Positions 1 through 7,251 of a stretch of 24,000 nucleotides of DNA are shown here, in pieces. The position numbers and the translations under genes are program-made. The DNA lies in NCBI GenBank assembly GCA_964370625.1, contig CAYJKB010000003.1:58036-82035 (forward strand), read 5' to 3'. The stretch comes from an uncultured Oscillospiraceae bacterium (GTDB lineage: Bacteria; Bacillota; Clostridia; Oscillospirales; Butyricicoccaceae). A model generated the notes under the pieces. The model did not search any database, was not told the DNA's origin, and saw only the letters and a list, made by a program, of their open reading frames with translations. Positions within the stretch are counted from its first letter, which is position 1. Each line of letters opens with the position of its first letter.

Positions 1-9
1 GATTTATAA

Positions 10-28
10 TTAGTTTTTGCTAACTTAT
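10..28. promoter_or_regulatory. Possible second DtxR/IdeR-type iron box, downstream of feoA and upstream of the next minus-strand gene outside the window
   Basis: TTAGTTTTTGCTAACTTAT matches 14 of 19 positions of the DtxR/IdeR consensus TWAGGTTAGSCTAACCTWA. It shares the core TTAG-N5-GCTAAC with the better site at 292-310. Confidence 0.3.
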
Positions 29-41
29 ATGTGTCAGAAAA

Positions 42-254
42 CTATATTTCTATAGCTTCTGCAAGATCTGGGTCGATGCTGTATCTAGCATCTTTCACTG
101 TAATAACAAAGTTATCAGATATGATGGAGATAACTGTTACTTTTTCACCTTCATAACACCCTAATGTTAATAAAAAAGCTTCTAACTCGCTATCACTTGT
201 GTTTACAGATTTTATTATATACTCTTTTCCGATTTCAGCTTTTGTAAGATTCAT
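42..254 (-). CDS. feoA: FeoA-family protein (small ferrous-iron transport accessory protein)
   Basis: 70-aa ORF with the typical FeoA layout: L..L..G....I..V, then LGCYEGEKVTV, then A.AIEI at the C-terminus. Its size is typical of stand-alone FeoA. Confidence 0.8.
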   Translation of the reverse strand: MNLTKAEIGKEYIIKSVNTSDSELEAFLLTLGCYEGEKVTVISIISDNFVITVKDARYSIDPDLAEAIEI

Positions 255-291
255 TCAATCATCACTTTCCTGTATATTCACACACATTTTA

Positions 292-310
292 TTAGCTTAT
301 GCTAACCTCA
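292..310. promoter_or_regulatory. Putative DtxR/IdeR-family metalloregulator operator (iron box) upstream of feoA
   Basis: TTAGCTTATGCTAACCTCA matches 16 of 19 positions of the consensus TWAGGTTAGSCTAACCTWA. It lies 38-56 nt upstream of the feoA start codon at 254. Confidence 0.45.
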
Positions 311-321
311 TTTAATAGAAT

Positions 322-363
322 ATACCACATAAAGCATTTAAAGTCAATAGCTTCATGTGGTAT
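322..363 (-). terminator. Probable terminator hairpin after the cNMP/DUF2225 gene
   Basis: Inverted repeat ATACCACAT(A)AAGC ... GCTTCATGTGGTAT with one mismatch, directly downstream of the stop at 388. An A/T-rich tract follows on the minus strand. Confidence 0.45.
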
Positions 364-387
364 TATTAATATTTATATAATTATATA

Positions 388-1620
388 TTATTCTTGCAAT
401 TCTTTCATTTTTCGGCGAACATCATAAAGTTCCCCATCTATCATCATTTTATATATACGTTTGCCTTCTTTTATAAACTTAGCATTGCCCAAATATTTAT
501 AAGCATCATCTAATCTACCTAATCTATTCGCAAGTGCACCAGTTACCATCATCAAAACTTGTGTACCTTCATCTGATATAACAGAGTTTTCAAAATATTT
601 CACAGACGCATCAAATGCCTTTTCTGTTGCAAAAATTTCCATTTCTTCATCTTTTATATCTTCATAAATCCAAGCTAAATGTCTCCATATTTTTGATATT
701 AGATAATAGCTGTCCTTATAATAATGTGAACATAATAGGGCAAAATAATACGAAGCAAAAACCATATCAACATTTTTTTCACCTGATGCATAATCAAATT
801 TCAGCTTTTCTTTGTAGTTAAGTAAAATATTCTTCACTTGTGTTGGCAAATTAACATAAGTAGAGAAGTTATGTTCAAATGTACTAAAGTAACAATGCGG
901 GCATGTGTAAACTTCATACCACTCAGGCATTATATCTTTATAATGACGTCTTAAATCACATCTTAATTTACCATCTTGTTTAAGTTGAGACATAAGCACT
1001 TTATTTGTATTAAATTCTTCTTTACAATTCGGACATTTCACTTTAATATTCACAAGATACTGTTTATGTTCATCTGATGCTTTTATATTATATTTTTTAT
1101 GCTTTTCAGGGAACGGATTTGAATCTACTATATCATTTTTCGCATAACTAAACTCATTTTTTGATTGTTCAACAATACCTTTCATGCCAACACTTTCATC
1201 GTGTCCATATTTTGAAATCCACTGACTAAGAAGCCCAGCTAGTTGAACTTTTTCATCATTTGTAGTGGATAATCGTCTGCATATGGTAGCTATAAATTGG
1301 AAAATAGCTTCTGGTGCTTGTTCAGAAAAACTGAAAAAATTATCTTTCGATAATGCAAGCAAGGCTGTATCTTCTGAGGCTACAACTGTAGCTGATCGAG
1401 GTTTATTTAAAAACAGGCTCATCTCACCGAAAAATTCACCAGCTTCTATATGTGCAAGTAACACTTCATCAAAGAGCCCGTAACTTTTATAGACATTTAC
1501 ACTCCCTGAAACTATTACATACATTTCATTTATATCTCTATCATTTTCACGTACAATAATTTCACCAGTTGCAAATTTTTTGAAATTTGAAATCTTTTTG
1601 AGTAATTTTACATCAATCAT
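388..1620 (-). CDS. Cyclic-nucleotide-binding (CAP effector-type) domain fused to a DUF2225 zinc-ribbon/TPR-like domain protein
   Basis: The N-terminal ~120 aa carry the phosphate-binding cassette FGEMSLFLNKPRSATVVA. The C-terminal half has CPNC...(DLRRHYKDIMPEWYEVYT)CPHCYFS, the DUF2225 signature (CxxC, D-L..Y..I.P..Y.V..CP.C), followed by a helical repeat region. Confidence 0.75.
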   Translation of the reverse strand: MIDVKLLKKISNFKKFATGEIIVRENDRDINEMYVIVSGSVNVYKSYGLFDEVLLAHIEAGEFFGEMSLFLNKPRSATVVASEDTALLALSKDNFFSFSEQAPEAIFQFIATICRRLSTTNDEKVQLAGLLSQWISKYGHDESVGMKGIVEQSKNEFSYAKNDIVDSNPFPEKHKKYNIKASDEHKQYLVNIKVKCPNCKEEFNTNKVLMSQLKQDGKLRCDLRRHYKDIMPEWYEVYTCPHCYFSTFEHNFSTYVNLPTQVKNILLNYKEKLKFDYASGEKNVDMVFASYYFALLCSHYYKDSYYLISKIWRHLAWIYEDIKDEEMEIFATEKAFDASVKYFENSVISDEGTQVLMMVTGALANRLGRLDDAYKYLGNAKFIKEGKRIYKMMIDGELYDVRRKMKELQE

Positions 1621-1651
1621 GGTGTTTCACCTCATAACGCTTATTTGTTAT

Positions 1652-1680
1652 AGTTTAAACCATTGCTATACATATTTCAA
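1652..1680 (-). promoter_or_regulatory. Candidate sigma-A promoter for the cNMP/DUF2225 gene
   Basis: Minus strand reads TTGAAA, a 17-nt spacer, then TAAACT. It ends about 30 nt upstream of the start at 1620. Confidence 0.35.
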
Positions 1681-1728
1681 TAGTTGATTTTAATTTTTGT
1701 ATAATATTTACAACTTCGTAAGAAATGA

Positions 1729-1758
1729 TTGACTACTATAACCATTTCATAGTATAAT
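1729..1758 (+). promoter_or_regulatory. Candidate sigma-A promoter for the 1797-2504 gene
   Basis: TTGACT (1729-1734), an 18-nt spacer, then TATAAT (1753-1758). RBS AAAGAGGG sits just before the ATG at 1797. Confidence 0.5.
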
Positions 1759-1796
1759 ATCAACTATAAATAAATATTCACGAAAGAGGGATTATA

Positions 1797-2504
1797 ATGA
1801 ATAAAAAGAAAGTTCTAAAAACATTGCTTTTAATTTTTGCATTATCTGCTAGCATGGTTTTTGGTGCAATTGCTGCTGTTACAAATCAGTCAATTTCAGC
1901 TCTTTTAAACCGCACAATTGTTGTTATGTATAATAAGGAAGCACAAGTTTTTAAAGATGCTAAAGGCACTCAAGTTTATCCAATTTCCTATAATGGAACT
2001 ACATATCTGCCTATCCGTTCTATTTCTGAAATGCTTGATTTACCAATCGAATGGGATGGAGCTACAAATACCATTACTTTAGGCAATAATGAAAAATTGC
2101 CAACAGACCTTGTTAAACGTGCCCAAAGCGGAGCTACTTCAACTTCTTGGATTGTAAATGATACAGATTTACTTTCTTTCGAAGGTTCAACTTATGATAA
2201 TGCTATTGCTTATAAACTATGGAACGGCAGTGCTTCTGATGGACATTCTCACCGTATGTACTTTAATGTATCAGGTTATACTACTATTACATTCACTGCT
2301 GCAAATGCTGGTACATCTCCTGTTGAGTTTCGTCTTTATGACCAAAATCAAGAAGTTATTGCAACCGTGCCTGTAGAACCAGGTCAAACTATTAATAAAA
2401 CTATTGAGCTTACTCGTAACCAAACAGAACTTGCTTTCGCAGCTGTTACAGAGCCTGGTCAAACTGGATTTAATGCATTTATTTATGATGCGTTAATCTC
2501 TTAA
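1797..2504 (+). CDS. Secreted protein with a copper amine oxidase N-terminal-like (stalk) domain and an unassigned C-terminal beta-rich domain
   Basis: Signal peptide MNKKKVLKTLLLIFALSASMVFGA. The motif YPISYNGTTYLPIRSISEMLDLPIEWDGATNTITL is typical of the Cu_amine_oxidN1 domain. An RBS and a strong terminator flank the ORF. Confidence 0.7.
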   Translation: MNKKKVLKTLLLIFALSASMVFGAIAAVTNQSISALLNRTIVVMYNKEAQVFKDAKGTQVYPISYNGTTYLPIRSISEMLDLPIEWDGATNTITLGNNEKLPTDLVKRAQSGATSTSWIVNDTDLLSFEGSTYDNAIAYKLWNGSASDGHSHRMYFNVSGYTTITFTAANAGTSPVEFRLYDQNQEVIATVPVEPGQTINKTIELTRNQTELAFAAVTEPGQTGFNAFIYDALIS

Positions 2505-2520
2505 ACTTCTTTAAAATCAA

Positions 2521-2548
2521 AAGTGTGGCAGATTGCCACACTTTTTTT
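2521..2548 (+). terminator. Rho-independent terminator
   Basis: Perfect 10-bp stem AAGTGTGGCA/TGCCACACTT with a 3-nt loop, followed by a T-run, 17 nt after the stop codon. Confidence 0.85.
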
Positions 2549-2649
2549 ATTACTTTTAAAATACAGAAAATATAGATGTTGAAACTTTCAAATTTGAAAG
2601 TATATATATCTTACTATTTGCAATGATTCAGTATTTTTAATATAACTTA

Positions 2650-2679
2650 GGCTGTGACGAATAAAATCTCGTCACAGCC
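2650..2679 (-). terminator. Hairpin terminator downstream of the SLH surface protein gene (possibly bidirectional)
   Basis: Perfect 11-bp stem GGCTGTGACGA/TCGTCACAGCC with an 8-nt loop, 10 nt beyond the stop at 2689. A/T-rich tracts lie on both sides. Confidence 0.6.
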
Positions 2680-2688
2680 TTAAATATT

Positions 2689-5600
2689 TTAATGTAAAGT
2701 ATATAAGATTTTTGCAATTTCTCCACGTGTGATATTATTCATAGGTAAAATTGTTCCATCTGGATATCCACCGATATATCCTAATGATACTAATGTTTCT
2801 ACATAAGGATAGCTCCAACTTGGTACATTTCCACTATCCGTTGCTGTAAGTTCAGAAATTTCATAACCTTTTTCTATAGTTTTACCTATAACTGTCATAA
2901 CTTCTGCACGAGTAATATTATTTGTTGGATTAAACATCATTTCACCAGTTGCAGTATTAAGACTTCCTGTCATAATTCCATTTGCATAAACAGCTTTCAC
3001 GCTATCTAATGCCCAAGATGGAATTTTATCAGCATCAATTACATCTAAAGTCATTTCAGTTGGAACTTCAAGCTGTAAATATCTCGCCATAATTACTGCA
3101 AATTCTGCACGAGTTAAATTTCTTGATGGATTAAAATAATATTGTCCATCAGAAACTGACCCTGTGATTATTCCTTGTTCAGCCACAAAATTCACATATC
3201 CTTCTGACCAATGTGAAGCTGTATCTGCAAAAGCTTTATAATTACTTTGCCCTGCTTTAATTTCTAAGCTTTCAGTAGAAATATTTCCAGAATTATCATA
3301 AGCTGTCACAGTGATTCTGTGAATTCCATCTGATAATGCACCTTGTGAGCTTGTCGGAAATTCAATTTGTTGCACAGGCTGTGGAATAGGTTCTGTCGGA
3401 ACTGGATCTGGTGTAGGTGTTGGCTCTACTGGTTCTGGTTCTACTGGCTCTGGATTTACAACAACCGGAGGCTCTGTAGTGTCAGTTGGTTCTGTAGTAT
3501 CGGCTGGCTCAGTTGGTTGCTCAGGATCTGTAACTACAGTTTCAGGGTCTTGAACTGTGTTTCTGTGTTCAGCTGATGCTGTATCTGTGATTACTTGTTC
3601 ACCTTCTTCTGGCACTATAGGAAGTGGTGCTACTGTGACCTTCACAGATAAATTTCCTGTTTTTGTGTCATAAGAATAATTTGTGATTTTTTCACCGTCT
3701 AAATATACATTTAGATTTTCATTTTCAATAAATACAGCTCCATTTTCGTCTGTCACTTTAAAATTGGCTGTATAACTTTGTCCATTATCAATATTTACAG
3801 AAGTTTGTGTAGTTGTTAATAGTGGAGCAATATCATCATAACTTTCAGTCAATAATGCTGAAATATTGTCAATTTGAATTTGTCCTGTAGTTTGTTCTTC
3901 AAGTGTAATGTCAAAACCTTTAAAGTTTACAGCATATTCAGGTAAAACAGCTGAATAATATATGTATCCATCATTTTCATTCCCTTGTACAAGTTCAAGT
4001 TGCAGTGGAACTGCATTAACATCTGTAAAGTTCGCTGTGATACTTGCAATATTATCAGATTTCACATATATTCCAAACGTTTTATATTCTGGTGCTATAT
4101 ATATTTCTTTATTAGTTAAATTAATTTTATCCGTATTTTCATAAGAAATCACACCATTTGACATTCCATAAAGTACATTTGACAAGTCATTCGATGTACT
4201 TAGTGTTCCGCCATTAACTGTAAATTCTAATACTTCATCTTCAAAACCTTCTATGATATTTACATCAGTTTGTTCTGATAATCCAACTGATACAGAAATT
4301 GTATCTTTTGCACTGCCATAATTTACAGTTATGCTTCCGTCAGCAGGGACACTGCCTGCTGTAAATAATCCATTCTCATCAATTGTGCCAATATTGCCTT
4401 GTACACTCCAAGTATAACTTTTGTCTACACTTGCAACATATTTATCACGATAGCTTGCTGTGGCTGATAAATCATAGCTTTTACCTGTACCTAGTGATAA
4501 ACTTGTTATTGCTTTATCAGTTTCATCAGTTAGCATTGAAATTTTTTCTACTTTTTCCATAACAGTTATTTGTTCTGTACCTGTTACACCATTTGCAGAA
4601 GCTGAAACTGTGATTACACCTGTTTTATCTGCTGTGAGCACTCCATTTTCTGTGATAGTCGCAGATCCATTTTCAACATCATATGTAACATCTTGTGGTG
4701 GTGTAACACTGTTAAAATTCGCATCAGTTGCTTTAACTGTTAAATTTACACTTGCATGAGGTAACATTGTGTATGTATTTGGATAGATATGTAATTTGTC
4801 AATTTGATTACTTGGCATCGTATTATTTACTAAATAAATGAAGTTTGCACTTTTGCGAAGCACTCCGTCAGAGGGCAAATTAAGCGTAGTAAGAAGGCTA
4901 TCTCCTGGAAGTTGTGCCACCATTACAGATGATCCACCACCATCTAAGTTAATAGCAGTTACACAACCTATGCTTTTCATATATAAAGCAAGGTCTAAAA
5001 GTCCGATACCGTCAGAATTTCCTTTTCCACGTCCATCAACTTCAACTAAGACAACACTTCCATCAGCTTTCACACCAACAGCTGTTCTCGGTTGTTCTGT
5101 AGTGCCATGGTTATTTGCATTTCCATTTTCAACTAAGACTTCTTTGCCACCTATAGCATAGATAACTTCTGTCCATTCTGGATTATTTGTGCTAACTGTG
5201 AGTGTTACATTATCGCCTACATTAAATTCTGGAAAACGTTCTATAGGTCCTGAATTTGACACACATAATACCATTTGATTTTCAGCAATAGGCTGTGATT
5301 GATTTGTTTCGTACACACTTACAACTTTTAGATTAACTGTGCCACCTACTGTAACTGGTGTATCATCAACTCGTTCAAATAAAATATTTTTTCCGCTTGC
5401 TGATAATCTTGTCTCGTTATAATAATTATGATCTAACAAATAGATGCCACTTGTAGTTCTAGTTTTATTAAAATAATCTACTGTAACATAGTCTACACCA
5501 TTAGAAAGAAGCATACCAAATGTAGGCTTACCTATAACAGCACTTCCATCTGCTTTAAAACCTACAGCAGACTGCCAAGCATCTGACGATGTAAGCACTC

Positions 5601-5970
5601 CTTCATTAATTACAAGCCCTACAGGAACACCAGTGTCTGTGGAATAATAATCTCCATTTATCCCTGCAATCACTTGTTTCCCTGTACCTTCAATATCTTT
5701 TGCATATTCAATAATGGTATCTCTGCTTACAATTTTATCACCATATCCAATCATTGGTGTAATATTTGCATTTGGTGAATATTCGATTACACGTATATTT
5801 TGTTCTCCAGCTGAACTTACTGTAGATATATCACTATATGTAGTACCTTGTCCGATTTGGATTTCATGTTTATATTCTGTATGTAGATTATTTGCAAAAG
5901 CCACTTGTCCTGTAATTAATGATGTGACAAGCAATGCTGATAATATTCTTTTAAATTTATTTGATTTCAT
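2689..5970 (-). CDS. Large S-layer-homology (SLH) anchored surface protein with an N-terminal phosphodiester glycosidase (NAGPA/DUF2233-like) domain, Ig-like (Big_2-type) repeats and a Pro-rich linker
   Basis: Signal peptide MKSNKFKRILSALLVTSLITGQVAFA. Phosphodiester glycosidase motifs GINGDYY and RTAVGVKADGSVVLVEVDGR...AINLDGGGSS. Repeated beta-sandwich segments (ITENGVLTADKTGVITVSA, IDENGLFTAG). Three C-terminal SLH repeats: FADTASHWSEGYVNFV..., IPSWALDSVKAVYANGIMTG..., VPSWSYPYVETLVSLGYIGGYPDG.... Confidence 0.85.
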   Translation of the reverse strand: MKSNKFKRILSALLVTSLITGQVAFANNLHTEYKHEIQIGQGTTYSDISTVSSAGEQNIRVIEYSPNANITPMIGYGDKIVSRDTIIEYAKDIEGTGKQVIAGINGDYYSTDTGVPVGLVINEGVLTSSDAWQSAVGFKADGSAVIGKPTFGMLLSNGVDYVTVDYFNKTRTTSGIYLLDHNYYNETRLSASGKNILFERVDDTPVTVGGTVNLKVVSVYETNQSQPIAENQMVLCVSNSGPIERFPEFNVGDNVTLTVSTNNPEWTEVIYAIGGKEVLVENGNANNHGTTEQPRTAVGVKADGSVVLVEVDGRGKGNSDGIGLLDLALYMKSIGCVTAINLDGGGSSVMVAQLPGDSLLTTLNLPSDGVLRKSANFIYLVNNTMPSNQIDKLHIYPNTYTMLPHASVNLTVKATDANFNSVTPPQDVTYDVENGSATITENGVLTADKTGVITVSASANGVTGTEQITVMEKVEKISMLTDETDKAITSLSLGTGKSYDLSATASYRDKYVASVDKSYTWSVQGNIGTIDENGLFTAGSVPADGSITVNYGSAKDTISVSVGLSEQTDVNIIEGFEDEVLEFTVNGGTLSTSNDLSNVLYGMSNGVISYENTDKINLTNKEIYIAPEYKTFGIYVKSDNIASITANFTDVNAVPLQLELVQGNENDGYIYYSAVLPEYAVNFKGFDITLEEQTTGQIQIDNISALLTESYDDIAPLLTTTQTSVNIDNGQSYTANFKVTDENGAVFIENENLNVYLDGEKITNYSYDTKTGNLSVKVTVAPLPIVPEEGEQVITDTASAEHRNTVQDPETVVTDPEQPTEPADTTEPTDTTEPPVVVNPEPVEPEPVEPTPTPDPVPTEPIPQPVQQIEFPTSSQGALSDGIHRITVTAYDNSGNISTESLEIKAGQSNYKAFADTASHWSEGYVNFVAEQGIITGSVSDGQYYFNPSRNLTRAEFAVIMARYLQLEVPTEMTLDVIDADKIPSWALDSVKAVYANGIMTGSLNTATGEMMFNPTNNITRAEVMTVIGKTIEKGYEISELTATDSGNVPSWSYPYVETLVSLGYIGGYPDGTILPMNNITRGEIAKILYTLH
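3365..3570 (-). repeat. Imperfect short tandem DNA repeats encoding the Pro/Thr/Glu-rich linker of the SLH protein
   Basis: Tandem 15-mers TCTACTGGTTCTGGT/TCTACTGGCTCTGGA encode PEPVE PEPVE. 18-mers GGCTCTGTAGTGTCAGTT/GGTTCTGTAGTATCGGCT encode TEPTDT/TEPADT. Confidence 0.6.
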
Positions 5971-6236
5971 TTACTTCCTCCAATTTTTTATAAAGCGAAT
6001 TTATGCTAATACATATCAGTTTAACAAAATTCTAGCTTCAATGCAATGAAAAAAATGTAAACAATCTTAAGTAATCTTTACCATTTTAATAAAAATATGT
6101 TATGCTAGACTTTTATTATGTTATGTTCTATAATATAATTAGTATTTATGTGCAATTATTCTTATTATTAATATATAGTACATTAATCTAATAGTTTTTG
6201 TGCACAATTTTTACACCTTGAAAAGGAGAAATGTCT

Positions 6237-7151
6237 ATGCCGTCACTTGTAACACATCATCATTTTGCAATTACAGCACTGAAAAATTCCCCTGCATACA
6301 TTAAAGCTTGTGTCACTGAAAATCCACAAATTTTCAGATGGGGTGCACAAGGTCCTGATATTATGTATTTCCATAATGCACCTATGAAAAGTAAAATAGC
6401 TGATATAGGTGGCATTTTTCATTCTGACAAAACATATAAGAGTATAAAAACACTAACTTCTATAGCTCGTGAAATAAACGACCCTACATTATTAATATAT
6501 TTATTAGGCTATATATGTCATTATGTTCTTGATAGTTCAGCTCACCCTTATGTAAATTATGTAACTAAGCATAAGATGGGTGATTACTTCGGATTATCTG
6601 AACCTGCTTTGCATAGATTATGTGAAAGTGAAATAGATGCTATGGTTATTACGAATTTTATAACTGGCGATCAACACACTTATGAAGCTTTTAAGCTGTT
6701 ACATTATAATAAAGAAGATGCCTATACCATTGGTGAACTATATTCAAAGACAGCTTGGGAAGTGTATGGAATAAAAATTTCAGCTTCTCAAATTGCTAAA
6801 TCTATGAAATCTATGAAAAATGTCTATTCCTTTCTCCATGATGAGACGGGAAAACGTATACAACAGCTACGTGCTGTTGAAAAAACAATTAATCAACGTG
6901 GAATGTTATATACATTAGTTCGTCCAATTAAATCATTAGAATGTGATGCAGCAAATTTAAAGCATGATACATGGTATGATGCAAATAAACCAAACATTCC
7001 TAAAACAGATAGTATATTTGAAATTTTAGATGAAAATATTAATACAGCAACTAGGCTTATGTCATTGATTTATGATGTCTATCACAAAAACCATGAATTA
7101 TCTGAAGTATTTTTTGGCTATGATTTTTTAGGAAATCCTGTAAATTGTTAA
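6237..7151 (+). CDS. Zinc-dependent phospholipase C-like family protein (putative)
   Basis: His-rich N-terminus THHHF, GAQGPDIMYFH and HYVLDSSAHPYVNY resemble the Zn-PLC fold family. There is no signal peptide. ATG 6237 is preferred over ATG 6231 because AAGGAG (6223-6228) is 8 nt from 6237 but only 2 nt from 6231. Confidence 0.55.
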   Translation: MPSLVTHHHFAITALKNSPAYIKACVTENPQIFRWGAQGPDIMYFHNAPMKSKIADIGGIFHSDKTYKSIKTLTSIAREINDPTLLIYLLGYICHYVLDSSAHPYVNYVTKHKMGDYFGLSEPALHRLCESEIDAMVITNFITGDQHTYEAFKLLHYNKEDAYTIGELYSKTAWEVYGIKISASQIAKSMKSMKNVYSFLHDETGKRIQQLRAVEKTINQRGMLYTLVRPIKSLECDAANLKHDTWYDANKPNIPKTDSIFEILDENINTATRLMSLIYDVYHKNHELSEVFFGYDFLGNPVNC

Positions 7152-7167
7152 CAAATATGAGAAAGAC

Positions 7168-7196
7168 TTGACAAATTACAAAATTCAGTTTATTAT
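7168..7196 (+). promoter_or_regulatory. Candidate sigma-A promoter for the M23 peptidase gene
   Basis: TTGACA (7168-7173), a 17-nt spacer, then TATTAT (7191-7196). Confidence 0.5.
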
Positions 7197-7251
7197 TAAT
7201 CTTGTTGTTACCGTTTTGTAACTTATCATTTTAAAAGGAGTGTTCGTAAAG

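Noticed and set aside
615-1483. Plus-strand ORFs 615-821 and 1265-1483, antisense to the cNMP/DUF2225 gene
   Set aside because: Antisense shadow ORFs with no RBS and low-complexity products. The same reasoning applies to 2158-2376, 2271-2462, 3962-4144, 4838-5161, 5714-6049, 7755-7976, 8429-8847, 9299-9520, 12060-12329, 12867-13082, 14320-16116, 16907-17200, 18405-18728, 19619-19819, 20067-20282 and 22053-22724.
3365-3570. Short tandem repeats, briefly considered as a non-coding repeat array, plus the Trp/Cys-rich plus-strand ORF 3367-3576
   Set aside because: The repeats are in frame within the 1093-aa ORF and encode a Pro/Thr/Glu linker. The plus-strand ORF is the antisense reading of that low-complexity region.
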